Below are positions 41,056 through 54,497 of a stretch of DNA of 64,000 nt, piece after piece. The DNA comes from Octopus sinensis. Lineage: Eukaryota. The notes under the pieces are model-generated. The model searched no databases and was not told where the DNA came from. It was given only the letters and a program-made list of their open reading frames with translations. The translations under genes were made by a program, and so were the position numbers. Every line of letters begins with the position of its first letter. The first letter of the stretch is position 1. Location of the stretch: the NCBI RefSeq assembly GCF_006345805.1, contig NC_043000.1, forward strand, positions 152,768,001 to 152,832,000. The letters run 5' to 3'.

Positions 41056-41348
41056 GCTCCACTTGTTTTCCCAGAAGGCTAAAGAACTCGAACGCATCAT
41101 TGTAAGCTAATTAACACATCTTACTTTACAGTACTTTCCACAACTTAAATGTGAAATCTGCATTTCTTCTGAGAAAATGTTCCACCAAGACAGGTATGGC
41201 TCTCTGGTGAAGAAACTTGGTTCGCAACCACGTTGTTTCGGGTTCAGTTCTACATTGCGACACCTTGGGGAAGAGTCACCTACCATAGTCCAAGGTCAAC
41301 TAATGCCTTATGGAATAATTTTGTAGACAGAAACTGTTAAGTCCATCG

Positions 41349-41379
<31 letters not shown>

Positions 41380-41394
41380 TGTGTGTGTGTGTGT

Positions 41395-41750
41395 AAGACA
41401 CTACACACTGTAGCGAGGATAAGAAAATATACAATAATGTCTTGAAGATCCTTGAAGGACTTGCACCAAATTTTGATATTAAAAGACATATTAATCCCTG
41501 AACGGAGCGCCATTGCATGGAGCCAAAGATCTCGTCCTCGCCATCCAGATTTAGGTCAGATGCTACAATAGCTGAGGATTTAAAGGATCACAACTTTTTT
41601 ATATCCTGCATTAGAGACCTGCATGCTGTAGATGTAGATATTTTCTAAACGCCACTGGATATTCAACAGGAGATAGTGACTTCGAAGTATCCCATTCCAA
41701 CTAAAGAAGGAAGATCAATAAATCAATAAAAGCATAACAATACCAGTGGC
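41395..41750 (+). mobile_element. CR1/L2-like LINE 3' fragment, copy 2 of an inverted pair
   Basis: Reverse complement of 38875-39230 with scattered substitutions and one small indel. Confidence 0.7.
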
Positions 41751-41811
41751 GATGCCTCAGAAAAGATAAAACGTGATGTGTGTGTGTGTGTGGTGTGTGT
41801 TGTGTGTGTGT

Positions 41812-41847
<36 letters not shown>

Positions 41848-43171
41848 TGTGTGTGTGTGTGTCTTTGTGCCGGTGTTTGTCCTCCCACAACCGCTTGACA
41901 ACCGGTGTTTGTTTCTTTACACCCTCGTAACTTAGCGATTCTGCAAAAGAATCAAGTAGCATAAGTACAAGATTTAAAAAAATTAAATACTGGAGATGAT
42001 TTTTTTGATTAAAAACTCTTCAAGGCAGTGCTGCCCAAACATGACCGCAGCCTAAAGATGAAACGAGTAAAATATAAAAGATAAAAGAGACGTGTCTGAT
42101 ATTTTATAGCGAGTGTCAAGTGTGCTCCCGTAGAACACTAATAATACGGATGGTTGATTGGAAACACGCAGCACCTTATTCATTAGTCTGAGTCAATCTC
42201 CTTGTCAGATATTGACGTCAATCTACTCAAATAATTTTCACTGTGAATGAAATATTGAGTTCAATGTATCTGCTAATTACTAATATGTTGATGATGCTAT
42301 AGGTCTGCCTCATCAAACAACTCTAAGGCATTCCTGTCGTATCCCGTATTTTTCTCGGGCACTGTATATCTAGTGCATCATTGTTTTTTTTAAACGGTGA
42401 TGTGTGATTTGAGGAAGAATTGACTCTTATTTCAAAATTATTCAAACAGTTACATTGAGGGAGCCTAACTTGCTCGGATTTCTATGATATAAAACATCGA
42501 ATATATGCCTTCTTTTCCTCAATGCATAACTATTTATTTGATTGTTATTTTACTAAATTAATTACGGTGGCCCTAACTTGGCTATCATTTTTCCTGAGGA
42601 TGGCATCCTTGAGAAATTTCCATCAATCAGTTACACAGTACCAATGGATACATAAACAGAAGAATAGACAGACAGAGAAGACAGACAAGGTAGGTATGCA
42701 AGAAGTTAGTCAGGCACACTGAGAGATGGGATGGAAGCACTCCGTCGGTTACGACGACGAGGGTTCCGGTTGATCCGAATCAACGGAACAGCCTGCTCGT
42801 GAAATTAACGTGTAAGTGGCTGAGCACTCCACAGACACGTGTACCCTTAACGCAGTTCTCGGGGATATTCAGCGTGACACAGAGAGTGACAAGGCCGGCC
42901 CTTTGAAATACAGGTACAACAGAAACAGGAAGTAAGAGTGAGAGAAAGTTGTGGTGAAAGAGTACAGCAGGGATCACCACCATCTCCTGCTGGAGCCTCG
43001 TGGAGCTTTTAGGTGTTTTCGCTCAATAAACACTCACAACGCCCGGTCTGGGAATCGAAACCGCGATCCTATATCCGCGAGTCCGCTGCCCTAACCACTG
43101 GGCCATTGCGCCTCCACACTGAGAGATACACACGTAACAAAAGGCGAGAGATGGAGAAAGACGTCAGTTAC

Positions 43172-43257
43172 CTGCAAGTGCCATTAAATAGGATCACATT
43201 TCCTGAATGTAAATGACTAAACACCGGGAGTTTCTTCGCTTGCATGTGAAGTAATGC
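43172..43257 (-). CDS. Slob: Slob/PXK-like exon with degenerate catalytic loop (ALLHMQAKKLPVFSHLHSGNVILFNGTCR)
   Basis: ttgtag acceptor, gtaact donor, 86 nt (phase 0 to 2). HLHSGN replaces HRDLxxxN, as in Slob/PXK pseudokinases. Confidence 0.9.
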
Positions 43258-43559
43258 CTACAATCATATACGACAGGGAATCATTCTCAATAATATTACA
43301 TGTATGTATGTATGTATGTATGTATGTATGTATGTATGTATGTATGTATGCATGCATGCATGTATGTATGTATGTAGTATGTATGTATGTATGTATGTAT
43401 GCATGCATGAATGTATGTATACATGTGTATACTTCTATTTTTTATTATAAATCTTCCACCGAGGAGGGAGACGGTTTCCAATAAAGAGACAAGGTTCCAT
43501 CTTTGGAATGTAGTTAACACAGATAAATTCACATCTGGAACTTGAGAAAAGTCTTTCAT

Positions 43560-44745
43560 ATTTTTACTGTTCCACTCACAGATTGCATTTGTAATGTACG
43601 AATTAGTTGGTTGATTTCTCTTTCTGAAAATCCCAGTTTATCCAAATTCTCCTTTAACAAAATCTAGTGCTCCAATTATTATTGATATCAATATGAATTC
43701 ATAGTCTGGATATAGAAGCTGGAGGTTTTGAAGCAGTTGTCCATAGTTGCTCTCTTTTTCTTTGATTTTCAAAGAGACGTTTATATCTGCAGGGCATCTG
43801 ACCTCTATGACGGTACATACATTTGCCCCTCTGTCCCAAACAACAATATCCGGCCTGTTATGTTTACATTTGACAGAAATTTTGATGGGAATATTCTACT
43901 AGTATTTCTTGAGTTGGTGTTTATGAATTTATTCCATAACAAAAGGATTTCCTGAGTTTATTTCAGGACAGTCATTTTTGCAGATGGAATTGTAAATTGT
44001 CTTAGCGACAACATCGTGCCGCATAAGGAGGTGGTACCGTGAGGATATTTTAGGACAGCTGCTAATCACATGCTTTATGTCTTCCACAGAAACACGACAT
44101 AGTCTACACATCCGGTTTCACCTTGGGATTACAAGAGCGTCACTCTCTCTCTCTTGTTCACCAGGTACTTTGTGGCAGTCTCCTGTTCCTGGATTGCAAA
44201 CGCATAGCCTTCAAAGTGTGATGTAGTAGTCTTGTGTCCAAGAGAGGCTGCGCTTCTTGTCAATTCTATTGTCTTCTTCAAGTTTCCGGGCAACATACCC
44301 ATGCATAGTCTTTTTTCTTTGTATGCTAAGTTCTTTCCATCCAGATCTTCCTTGAGGTAAGGGATCCCAGCTGTTTCGGGGCTGTATAGGAGATCATCAG
44401 GAAGCGAGTGCTTCTTGAGGAGCTCACTGCCAACTCGTACAATGTTGCTCACTTCACTTTTCCGCACTTCATTTATATATTCATTTTTGCTGCTGTTGTT
44501 CAGTAGGTGCTGCCTGAATGATACCATACGGCATTCGAAGGCCATCTGCACTCATCGCAGACCTCTACCGCCTTCGTTTCATCTTAGGTAGAGCCTATCA
44601 ATAACATTGTTTCTGTGGAAGTTCCCAGCTGTTGTCAGGATTTTGCGGGTTTTGATATCTATGGAGTAGATTTCCTCTACAGACTAATAAAGTATCCTAA
44701 TTGTTGGGATCAGCACTAGTGCTTCAAATGCATTGTGAGATATTG
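43560..44745 (-). mobile_element. R4/Dong-type LINE 3' portion (CCHC knuckle and REL endonuclease)
   Basis: FEGYAFAIQEQETATKYL, CRLCRVSVEDIKHVISSCPK...RHDVVAK and a downstream RPD..V...E..CP motif; frameshifted. Confidence 0.85.
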
Positions 44746-44967
44746 TTTTCATTATTTACATTATTTACATTTGACGGATATTTGTCCTCATCTTATTTGT
44801 TGTTCACACAGCGTTTCGGCTGATATACCCTCCAGACTTCATTAGATGTTTTGGGGAAATTTCGAACCTGGTTCTCATTCCTAAGGTATTTTTCGATGTT
44901 ATTATCATTATTATTATTATTATTATTATTATCATTATTATTACAATTATTATTATTATTATTATTA

Positions 44968-45004
<37 letters not shown>

Positions 45005-45514
45005 ATAACTGCCTGGAATCGAACTCGGAATCTTGGGGTTAGTAACCCACGTTCAGTGGTTAAGTGTATTTATATTCCAGTAATTGACTTTACATGATTC
45101 CATGTGCTCTCCAACGATATCGTTGATAACTTTAAACATTAGATCGGTTAGATTTTTTTCTCACTCTTGTTTGGAATAGTCTGTTGCTTAAAAAAAAAAG
45201 CTTCGAGAAAGTAGCAAATTTTTTGCGAATTGTAATTTTAAAATGTTTTTGAGTTGGATGTGTATACTGCAGTCTTCGCTACTGAGTCAGCTAAGTTTGG
45301 AGACACACTCGAATTTAGCGATGGTTTGTTTACATTATTTTTTTTACGCCGCTTCTGGCAGATTTTGGCCCATTCTCAGTGTTTTGGGAGGATCGAGGAT
45401 TTGTTTTTTTTTTTCTTTTTTTTTACAAAAAGGGTCATCTCGGGCTTTTTCGTAGTAAATCTTGGTTTAGTTGTTGAGTCCAAGTAAAATGAGAAGAGTA
45501 CTTACGTCTTCTTA

Positions 45515-45775
45515 AATAACTTACTGGTGAAAGGTAGGAGAGTCCAGTTTGCTGGACATTGTTGTAGAGCTGAAAACGAGGCAATTTCTACTCTTCTCCT
45601 CTGGAAGCCATCTACTCGCAATGCCAGAGGGCGCACACTCTCCTACCCTGATGTAATCTCCAGGGATACAGGCATCCAGCAACAGGACCTCTGTAATACC
45701 ATGATGGACTGTGAAGTCTGGCGTAGCGTGGTAAATTCCATTGTCTCGACCACGGTCGAACAATGATGATGACTG
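45515..45775 (+). mobile_element. RTE-clade LINE 3' end
   Basis: RRVQFAGHCCRAENEAISTLLLWKP...LSYPDVISRDTG...MMDCEVWRSVV, then a (TGA)n tail. Confidence 0.8.
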
Positions 45776-45954
45776 GTGAAGTAGTTCTGTTTTCATCAGT
45801 GGTGACGTCAGTTTCATGTGGTGGTGTGTATGCATAAACATATCTACGTATGTTTCCGTACATGTATGTATGTATATGTAATACAATTTGAAAATACACA
45901 GAGCTGATACAACATAATTTAAGGAACATTTGTATAAATAGTTGACCGACATAC

Positions 45955-46050
45955 CTTGAGTATTTGACTGGAGTACGTCTGTATCTGTCCCAGGGGCAAT
46001 GGTTGTCCATTGTGGTTATATTTATCCCGATGGTCGTCTAAGCAGCGAGC
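45955..46050 (-). CDS. Slob: Slob/PXK-like exon (ARCLDDHRDKYNHNGQPLPLGQIQTYSSQILK)
   Basis: gattcag acceptor, gtatgt donor, 96 nt (phase 0 to 0). Resembles PXK ...KY...GL.L.QIKTYGRQILE. Confidence 0.88.
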
Positions 46051-46684
46051 CTGAATCATGCAGTGAGAAGTAATACGAATTTTAATCGTTGCAAGTACTC
46101 ATGCTCATGACAGTCAAAAATCCTCCGTGAATCAATTTGCTGAGTGAATTGACAAGGTCAAACAAAACTGGACAGATGACAGAAATAACTGTCAACTGAA
46201 ATAAACAGGTACATTGAAGCGGTACATCTTTGTGTGAGGTAGTAAATGGATTTTTAGGCAACACGGTATATGTTTCTTTATTACCCACAAGGGGCTAAAC
46301 ATAGAGGAGACAAACAAGGACAGACAAACGGATTAAGTCGATTACATCGACCCCAGTGCGTAACTGGTACTTAATTTATCGACACCGAAAGGATGAAAGG
46401 CAAAGTCGACCTCGGTGGAATTTGAACTCAGAACGTAACGCCAGACGAAATACCGCTTAACATTTCGCCCGGCGTGCTAACGATTCTGCCAGCTCGCCGC
46501 CTTTTAGGCAACACAGTATATGCATACCTTGCTACGTATGTTAGTTAAAGAGGTAAGATCAAACTAAGAGTCAATGATGGAGCACAGTATAAGATGGAAA
46601 TTTACATGTCCTTCGGTACTCAGCAATGAGAAGATCGAATTCCTTTGATTCACTTACATATTCAATCAATCAATCAATCAATCA

Positions 46685-46738
<54 letters not shown>

Positions 46739-46739
46739 A

Positions 46740-46773
<34 letters not shown>

Positions 46774-46817
46774 TCTATCTGTCTGTCTGTCTGTCTGTCA
46801 GTCTGTCTGTCTATCTA

Positions 46818-46852
<35 letters not shown>

Positions 46853-46875
46853 CTGTACACTCACGCGCGCGGGCG

Positions 46876-46919
<44 letters not shown>

Positions 46920-47385
46920 ATTCCAACCAGTAATCATTAAGCCACAAATTCATCTGTTCTTTTCGCCTTTTTTTTTTTTATCTGGCTTAATATTATTTTC
47001 CACGTCAGAGCATTGTCAAAGAGACCTTAATATTCTACTAGGGTCTATTCCCTTTACCTATATTACCGACCCCGAAAATATGAAATGTAAAATCGATTTA
47101 GGCTAAGTTAGATTAATGAAATCGATTCGTATTTACTTATCGAGTTTAAATGGAAAATGTGAAAGATGAAGTAGAAAATAGTAATTAATAAAGTTAAAGA
47201 TAACAAAAGCAGCAGAGCGGTAGATAAGGACAGCACTGGATTAATACCTTGCCTTATTTGGTTACGTCCCTTTATACTTTATGTTTGCCTTTCATCACTT
47301 TTCTCCACAGTCGAAAAATAAGTACGAATAGATGATATACTAAATTTAAATTCAGTCGGAAATAAATTTCCTCTACAAAATTTCT

Positions 47386-47800
47386 GGAGATCTTTACGGT
47401 TTGAACGGCAGTTTTTTAAAATAATTTCCACGTAACTAAACACTTTTAAACTTTGTATACTGGTAGAATGTATTTATAAAACATCTTTTTCTCTTGGCTT
47501 TATCGAGAAAATTCTATAGTTTGTAAGATATTTGTTGTTGTCTTTTCTTCAATTTCTGCAATTTCAACCAATCAATGACGTCTATTGAGGTAAAAAAAAA
47601 CATTCTGTGCCGTATTAATATATGTCCCTCGTTTAAGAAACAGATTGGGTTTATTTACATTTCTGAAGAAAAAAAGATACCCTTCCCCCCACCCCTAAGA
47701 CAGATTGAAATGCAATAGATCGATACTAGGGTCATAATTATGGGTGACAATTTCATGACACCGCTAGAAAAAACTGCCGTTCAAACCGAAAAGATCCATT
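47386..47800. mobile_element. MITE with about 30-bp TIRs
   Basis: GATCTTTACGGTTTGAACGGCAGTTTTTT ... AAAAAACTGCCGTTCAAACCGAAAAGATC. Confidence 0.75.
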
Positions 47801-48022
47801 CCTGGACCTTTGCTAACGGTGGAAATTACATTTTATTTAAAGTCATACTGTCATGATACGAGAATAACCTGTTCAAAAGACAAACTTTTTCTATCAACTC
47901 ACTCTCTTTCTCTTTTTATTTTCTTTCTCGTGCTATACGCCATTGTCAATAGAATGCATGCAAATATGTCAGATAATGAAATGAATTGGTAAATTTTTCT
48001 TATAAGCAAATGTGCATTTTAC

Positions 48023-48133
48023 CTGGTATATTTCGTCTTTAAGAGATCCCGATGGGCTAAAAGGACGCGATACAACTATAGCATCATCTTCTAGAAGAAA
48101 TTCGATATGGATGAATGGCATGATGTATGGATG
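48023..48133 (-). CDS. Slob: Slob/PXK-like exon (HPYIMPFIHIEFLLEDDAIVVSRPFSPSGSLKDEIYQ)
   Basis: ttttcaacag acceptor, gtaaaa donor, 111 nt (phase 0 to 0). HPYI...GSLKD.IY kinase-like hinge region. Confidence 0.9.
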
Positions 48134-48469
48134 CTGTTGAAAACGAAAATGAAAGAGAATTTATTCTTGGAAGAATGTGTAAATTGGTAAAGCATCTCTT
48201 GAATAGATGTCAAGCCTAAATAAAACCTATTACTCTTTTCAGTCATTTGACTGCGGCCATGCTGGAGCACCGCCGTTAGTCGAGCAAATCGACCCCAGGA
48301 CTTATTCTTTGTAAGCCTAGTACTTATTCTGTCGGTCTCTTTTGCCGAACCGCTAAGTTACTGGGACGTAAACACACCAGCATCGGTTGTCAAGCGATGT
48401 TTGGGGGACAAACACAGTCACACACACACATACACACACACACACATACACACACACACCACACACACA

Positions 48470-48543
<74 letters not shown>

Positions 48544-49084
48544 GACGGGCTTCTTTCAGTTTCTGTCTAACAAATCCACTCACAAGGCTTTGGTCGGCCC
48601 GAGGCTATAGTAGAAGACACTTGTCCAAGGTGCCACGCAGTTCAGTGGGACTGAACCCGGAACCATGAGGTTGGTAAGCAAGATACTTACCACACAGCCA
48701 CTCCTGCGCCTATGTCAGTAATTTCCACATTACTTAAAATGTGTTTTAACCATTTGCACATTTCAACATATTATCCGGGCTCAAGGCGGCCATCTAGCAG
48801 AATTGTTCATACGCGGGTAAAATACTTAACGGCATTTCGTTTGTCATTATGTTCTGTGTACACGTTTTAGCCTTCGAATGACGCCACTCCACTTGCTCGG
48901 CCAATATTCCCCCTTAATCGAAAGGGGGTCTAGAGCAACATGAAATGAAGTGTTTTGTTCAAGAACATAAAGCACCACACAGTCTGGGAATCGAACCCAC
49001 GATCTAGCGATCATGAGTGCAACAACCTAATCACTAGGCCACGCGTTTTCACACACGCACACTCACGCACGTACACACGTACAA

Positions 49085-49159
<75 letters not shown>

Positions 49160-49407
49160 TTTAAATTGCATGACATATAATGGGTATTTTGTATTCTATA
49201 TGTGTCTTTATACATCAAAAAATAAATCTGCGTAATGTCATGTCAAATATAAGCAAAAACTCCCCACCACAGGTAGGAGAGTTTTTTAGTTTACTGGAAT
49301 TTGAAGCTAAACTTCTACGGAATATAGACTTGGCTTAGACTATTAACTGTATAATTACCCCCGCCTCTACACAAGCATAGTGGATCAGAAGATTAGTAAA
49401 AACTTAC

Positions 49408-49559
49408 CTTTATATATTGATCAAATATCCGCAAATCGGCTTGGCTTTCCTGAGAAAACGGTAGTGACATCTTTGGGTCATACCTTATCGCTGACAGCAG
49501 TGTTTTGCGCCCAAGCAAACTATCGTGGACTAAGAACCAATATTTTTCCTCGCGTCGAC
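49408..49559 (-). CDS. Slob: Slob/PXK-like exon (GRREEKYWFLVHDSLLGRKTLLSAIRYDPKMSLPFSQESQADLRIFDQYIK)
   Basis: tttgttatactag acceptor, gtaagt donor, 152 nt (phase 1 to 0). The GR..K.WFLV motif is typical of Slob/PXK. Confidence 0.85.
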
Positions 49560-49940
49560 CTAGTATAACGAATAATAATAAATATTTTAGGAAGAGTTTC
49601 TTATAAACGATACAAAGACATTCACAGGTCCATATGTTTATGCAGTCCATAGAACATATTTACTCATAGACAAACATATTCACACGGTCGTAAATTTATT
49701 CATAAATACACCATAAACACTTTCTCACACATCCCCCAACACACACACACACACACAGAGGAATTGGTTGAAGATATAAATCTGATATTTGTTTCTTAGT
49801 TTCCCTGTGTAAAGATTCTTTGTCATACGGTAGCCACAATGGACACACATGGATAATAGTTTTATGACTTAAACCAATTAAAAGTAATTATAGTCTATAA
49901 CATCTCTTTAGTACTTTTTTCTTCTGTTCTTTACTTCCTG

Positions 49941-49996
<56 letters not shown>

Positions 49997-50781
49997 CGTG
50001 AAGTATATTTGCCACTTAAATGTGGCTAACCCTTAAGGGTAGATGCTACTTTTAGCCACATTTAAGTGGCAAATATACTTCACGATGTCCTGCAGCTACA
50101 GTTTATACCTCGCTCAGAGATTTATTGTTGCTTAAATATGCATAAATATATATATATAAATAGGTGTGTGTACATAAATAAACATACCAGGGATGTGCCA
50201 CCTAAGTAGTCAAGGTAGGCAGTGCCTACCTTGAATAAAATAGATTAATAGCAACATTTTCCTTTCATGGCAAAATATGCACCTAATTCAATAAAATGCA
50301 AATGTCTTATTTTCTGTAAATTAGGTAGGCAGATTCTCCCCTGCTTTTCAATCTCAGTATTTAAGCTACGCATAGTAATGCTGTAGTGCATGTGCTATGT
50401 ACACTCCTACAATACCGTTTTCTTTACATGCTATAGAGGCAGAAGTAAATTTGCCGTCAACTCAGTCGCGCGCCTGTGTTTCGCTTTCTTTTTTTTGTGT
50501 GTGTGTGTGTGTTTTCCTTCAGCTTCCATTTATTTCCGTTTTTTTCGCCTCTCCAACAATGGATAGTGACTATCTTTATATATTTTTATCCTTATATCTT
50601 TTGACAAATCTTTTGATGATAGTTTACTATATGAAGGTCACTAACTGCCTACCCTGAATAATTACTAACGGCACGTGCCTGATATATATGTATGCATATA
50701 TATAAATATATACATATTGTGGGCGTTTTTTTATTTTTTCCTCCTCTTCTTTTTCTTTTTCTTTCTTTCTTTTCTTTTTTC

Positions 50782-50812
<31 letters not shown>

Positions 50813-51500
50813 CTTTGCTCCACAAAATTCCTTCAGCTTTTAGAAATTCTAACATAGCAGTTTTGTGAAGGGAACAGTAGTGTGACAAGTATCTTATCAT
50901 ATAGCATGAAATTATACCCACCTCATTGTGGATTAATCATGGATAGATTCATCGTCTGTGAGTATGAAATATCTCCTCATATCTCTGGAAATTTGCACCT
51001 ACATTATGGATTGATTCATCTTCTCTGTGAAGCTAATAAGCTTTTTTAAAACCTGTGATAAGACTGTGCATCATCATTAAAGAACTTTGGAAGTCCGCTT
51101 ACAACCTGAATTTGCTTTTTATAAAATTATCTCCGTTACTTCATGAGTGTAGCCTCACCCACTAAGATGTTTGGAGAACTCATATGTGTTTTAGCTGATG
51201 AGTACGGGACACTTGTATTTGCTGCAATATTTGAAGCTTTTAATAAAGCCTGTCTTTGTATGAAACAATTGTACTAAAAAACTAATCCATTCTTGTTGCT
51301 TTTTTCTCGTTATATATATATATATACACACACATAAAAACATATATTTGCCGACTGAATGTGGCGGTTGTATAAAGGACGGTGTTATTATCGTTTTTAG
51401 CACCAGGAATACACCTTTTACAGCTGGCCAACGACACACATTCTATGTCCGATTAGTATTTGAGAGGGAGGTCATCGCTCTCATCTCTAGTCTTACATGA

Positions 51501-51549
51501 AACACACAGACCTGGCTTTCTGAGTGGCTATTCGTCTTCAGTGTATGTT
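51501..51549 (-). ncRNA. Degenerate hammerhead motif in a Slob-like intron
   Basis: AACATACA-CTGAAGA-CGAATAGCCACTCA-GAAA-GCCAGG-TC-TGTGTGTT. 8-bp helix I, intact core and GUC triplet, but mismatches at the first pair of helix II and the second pair of helix III. Confidence 0.55.
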
Positions 51550-52161
51550 AATCACTGGCTAGTGATGAAAAACTCATTCTACTAGCAAAATACTATATCC
51601 ATTTTCTAACGACCCACTGTCGCTTATCTCGTAAAGAGAGAGGTAAGTTATATTAAATCTCTGAGCGAGTGATCAACAGTAACAGTACGGAATCGTAAAA
51701 TATATTTGCCAACTAAATGTGGTGATCCTATAGAGGACAGTGTTACTGTTGTTTTTAGGCCCAGGAAGACATCCCTTCCAGCTGGCAAACGACACACATT
51801 CTTATGTATGTATGTATGTATGTATGTATGTATGTATGTATGTATGTATGTATGTATGTATGCATGTATGTATGTATGTATGTATGTATGTATGTATGTA
51901 TGTGTATGTATGTATGCACGTATGTATGTGTGTGTATATGTATGTATGTATGTATGTATATATATATCTCTGTATATATATATCTCTCTGTATATATAGG
52001 TAAATATTCAAATATTTGTGTGTATAATATATATATATATATTGTTTTGTTGTCTCATTTTTGTATCAACTAACTGTCCGGATGTTTTACGTTCTTGTCC
52101 CATTTTGTACATATATATATATATATATATAGCGGCATACGTACACTTTGGTGTCTTATAC

Positions 52162-52224
<63 letters not shown>

Positions 52225-52365
52225 ACATACATATATAAAAAATCTACCCAGCCTTGGTTTTTTTATCTCATTACGAAAAAAATTTACATATATATATATA
52301 TATTCACATATATTCATGCTTATACATACATACATACAACATACATACATACATACATACATACA

Positions 52366-52396
<31 letters not shown>

Positions 52397-52879
52397 GTAT
52401 CTTAATGTGTAAATGTCTAACGTGCATGAGTATATTAAAATGTTAACACCAAATGAAGCATTACCTGTTAAGAACTCAATTTGGAATGCGGAGTGAAAAT
52501 ACATATTATTTTCAATCATAGAAAAAAATATTCAGAGTCACTTAAAATATTTCGATCTATGTTCTGGGCTCATTCAGACAAGGAATGTGTTGGGACATAT
52601 GGCAAAACACAACTGTCAAACTCTCTTATATAAATAATACTTTCTACTACAAGTACAAGATCTGAAATTTCGTGGGTGGGGCTTGTCGATTACATCGATT
52701 CTCTTGCTTAACGGTTACTTATTTTATTGACTCCGAAAGGATGAAAGTAAAGTTCACCTCCACGGCATTTGAACTCTGAACGTAAAGCCAAAAGAAATAC
52801 CGCTAAGCACTTTGTCTGATGTGTTAATAGTTCTGCCCGAATGAACATTTGCTGATCAATAGTAGTAGAAAAGCGTTGA

Positions 52880-53225
52880 TATGAAGGGTGTTGTGATCCC
52901 CTTTAGTCATGAATGACCATGGAATTGCACCTAGAAAGTTACTCCCCGAGGCACAAATCTGAGCAAGGTTGTTTGTGGAAGACCAGCAGTCGCCCATGCA
53001 TACCAGACTCCTCTCTCCACGTCACCGATGTTATCCAATGGAAAAGCAAGGGTCGATACAGCTTGGCACCAGTGACGTCGCAGCCCATTTCTACAGCTGA
53101 GCGAACTGGAGCAGCGTGAAATAAAGTGTCTTGCTCAAGAACACAACACACAGCCCGGACCGGGAATCGAACACACAACCTCACGATCGTAAGCACGACG
53201 CTCTAATCACTGAACCATGCGTCTT
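52880..53225 (-). mobile_element. Fourth tRNA-derived SINE family; fragments also near 13300-13385, 34870-34970, 48950-49045
   Basis: Head GCATGGTTCAGTGATTAGAGCGTCG...GTTCGATTCCCG followed by GTGTTCTTGAGCAAGACACTTT. Confidence 0.75.
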
Positions 53226-53372
53226 GATATGAAGGTAGATGAACGCTTTCAACAAATTGAAACTCGGTTAAATGTCTCCAAAGGTTAAAGCGGCGGGTTT
53301 TACTCACATGATGTGTCAGGTATTACCACCTGTCTTCATATGAACAAGAATTTGTTTACCGTTGAAACGTAC

Positions 53373-53450
53373 CTATATCATCAAGCTGTTGGACATCACT
53401 ATAATGGTTCACATTGCGAAGATAGTATTGGCAGGCCATTAAAGTACGTT
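53373..53450 (-). CDS. Slob: Slob/PXK-like exon (ERTLMACQYYLRNVNHYSDVQQLDDIG)
   Basis: tttttttcag acceptor, gtacgt donor, 78 nt (phase 1 to 1). Resembles Slob/PXK ...FYLRS.P.Y..VE.L.DIG. Confidence 0.85.
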
Positions 53451-54104
53451 CTGAAAAAAAAGTAAAGAAAGAAAGAAATAAAATCCGTAATAAACCCAGT
53501 CGTGGCAACTAAAGTTTTCTGATTTCTGTTTTTGGAACTGAGAAGGAAGGGATAATCATGGCTTGTTTAGGATCTCTTTATCAGTGGATAAATAAACGTG
53601 AAAGTCGTGTAAATTTTACATCCAGGCCGTTTTTCTTAGCTCTGGATCAGCCTTAATCACCAGACCCATGATCAAAGGATTCCAAATCTGAAGGCCTCAC
53701 CAAGCATTTCGTACGGCTTGCTAACGATTCTGGCAGTTCGCCGTCCAAGTATTGACAAATATTAACCCTTCTATACTATTTTTCATTAATTTTACTTCTG
53801 TTTCTTTAAGATTGTTTTTACACAAATTACAGAAATCAGTCAATGCTTTCTAAAAATGAAACTCCTTGTGTAAAAAATATATATATTATGATATGCGTAG
53901 TATTATTGTTCCAAACTTTCCTTTGATTTTTCAGTGATCTTCGCTCGCATCAGAATGAAGAAATGTGTTGAGGTAAGGAAAGTTATTAAGGGGTTTAGTG
54001 AAGTATAAACTTGGAACAATTCTACTTTTCTACACCAACCAATGTAAACTATTATAATTGTACTCAGGGATTCATTCGTCGCTATTTCGGTAATTATCGC
54101 TTAA

Positions 54105-54497
54105 TCTCAATATATATAAAGCTGAAGTTGTCTGTGTATGGCAGGTTTGGTAGCCTTCAACTAACACTATCGCTTCCGATACCCTGGGGTGCAAGTTGAC
54201 CAAAATTAAAAGTATGATAGAAGAAGACTTGCTCTTCCTTCCGTAGAAGAAAAAATTCAAATCGGACCATGTTAACACCAAAAATTATTTACATCAAAAA
54301 GGTGCTTTTTTTTCTATGAAAATCCTTATTTTTTACGATTATTTTACTGCTGTGTCGCCATTTTTCGGTGTATTTCAACCAGAAAAATGTTCACTTAAAG
54401 AGAATAACAAGCTACATAATGCAAAATTTTTACTTTTCAAAAATTCCAATTCTAAAAGGTCAAAACAAACCCGAGCAACGTCAGGCGATACTGCTAG
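54105..54497 (+). mobile_element. Non-autonomous Helitron
   Basis: A|TCTCAATATATATAAAG... to CCCGAGCAACGTCAGGCGATACTGCTAG|T; inserted at an AT dinucleotide. Confidence 0.75.

Noticed and set aside
44795-44850. Hammerhead-like CTAATGAAG...CCGAAACG relic
   Set aside because: An invariant core G is lost and helices are weak; at most a dead PLE end.
51378-51800. Diverged 65-bp direct repeat (51378 and 51734)
   Set aside because: Short and old, with no ORF or structure; probably a repeat remnant.
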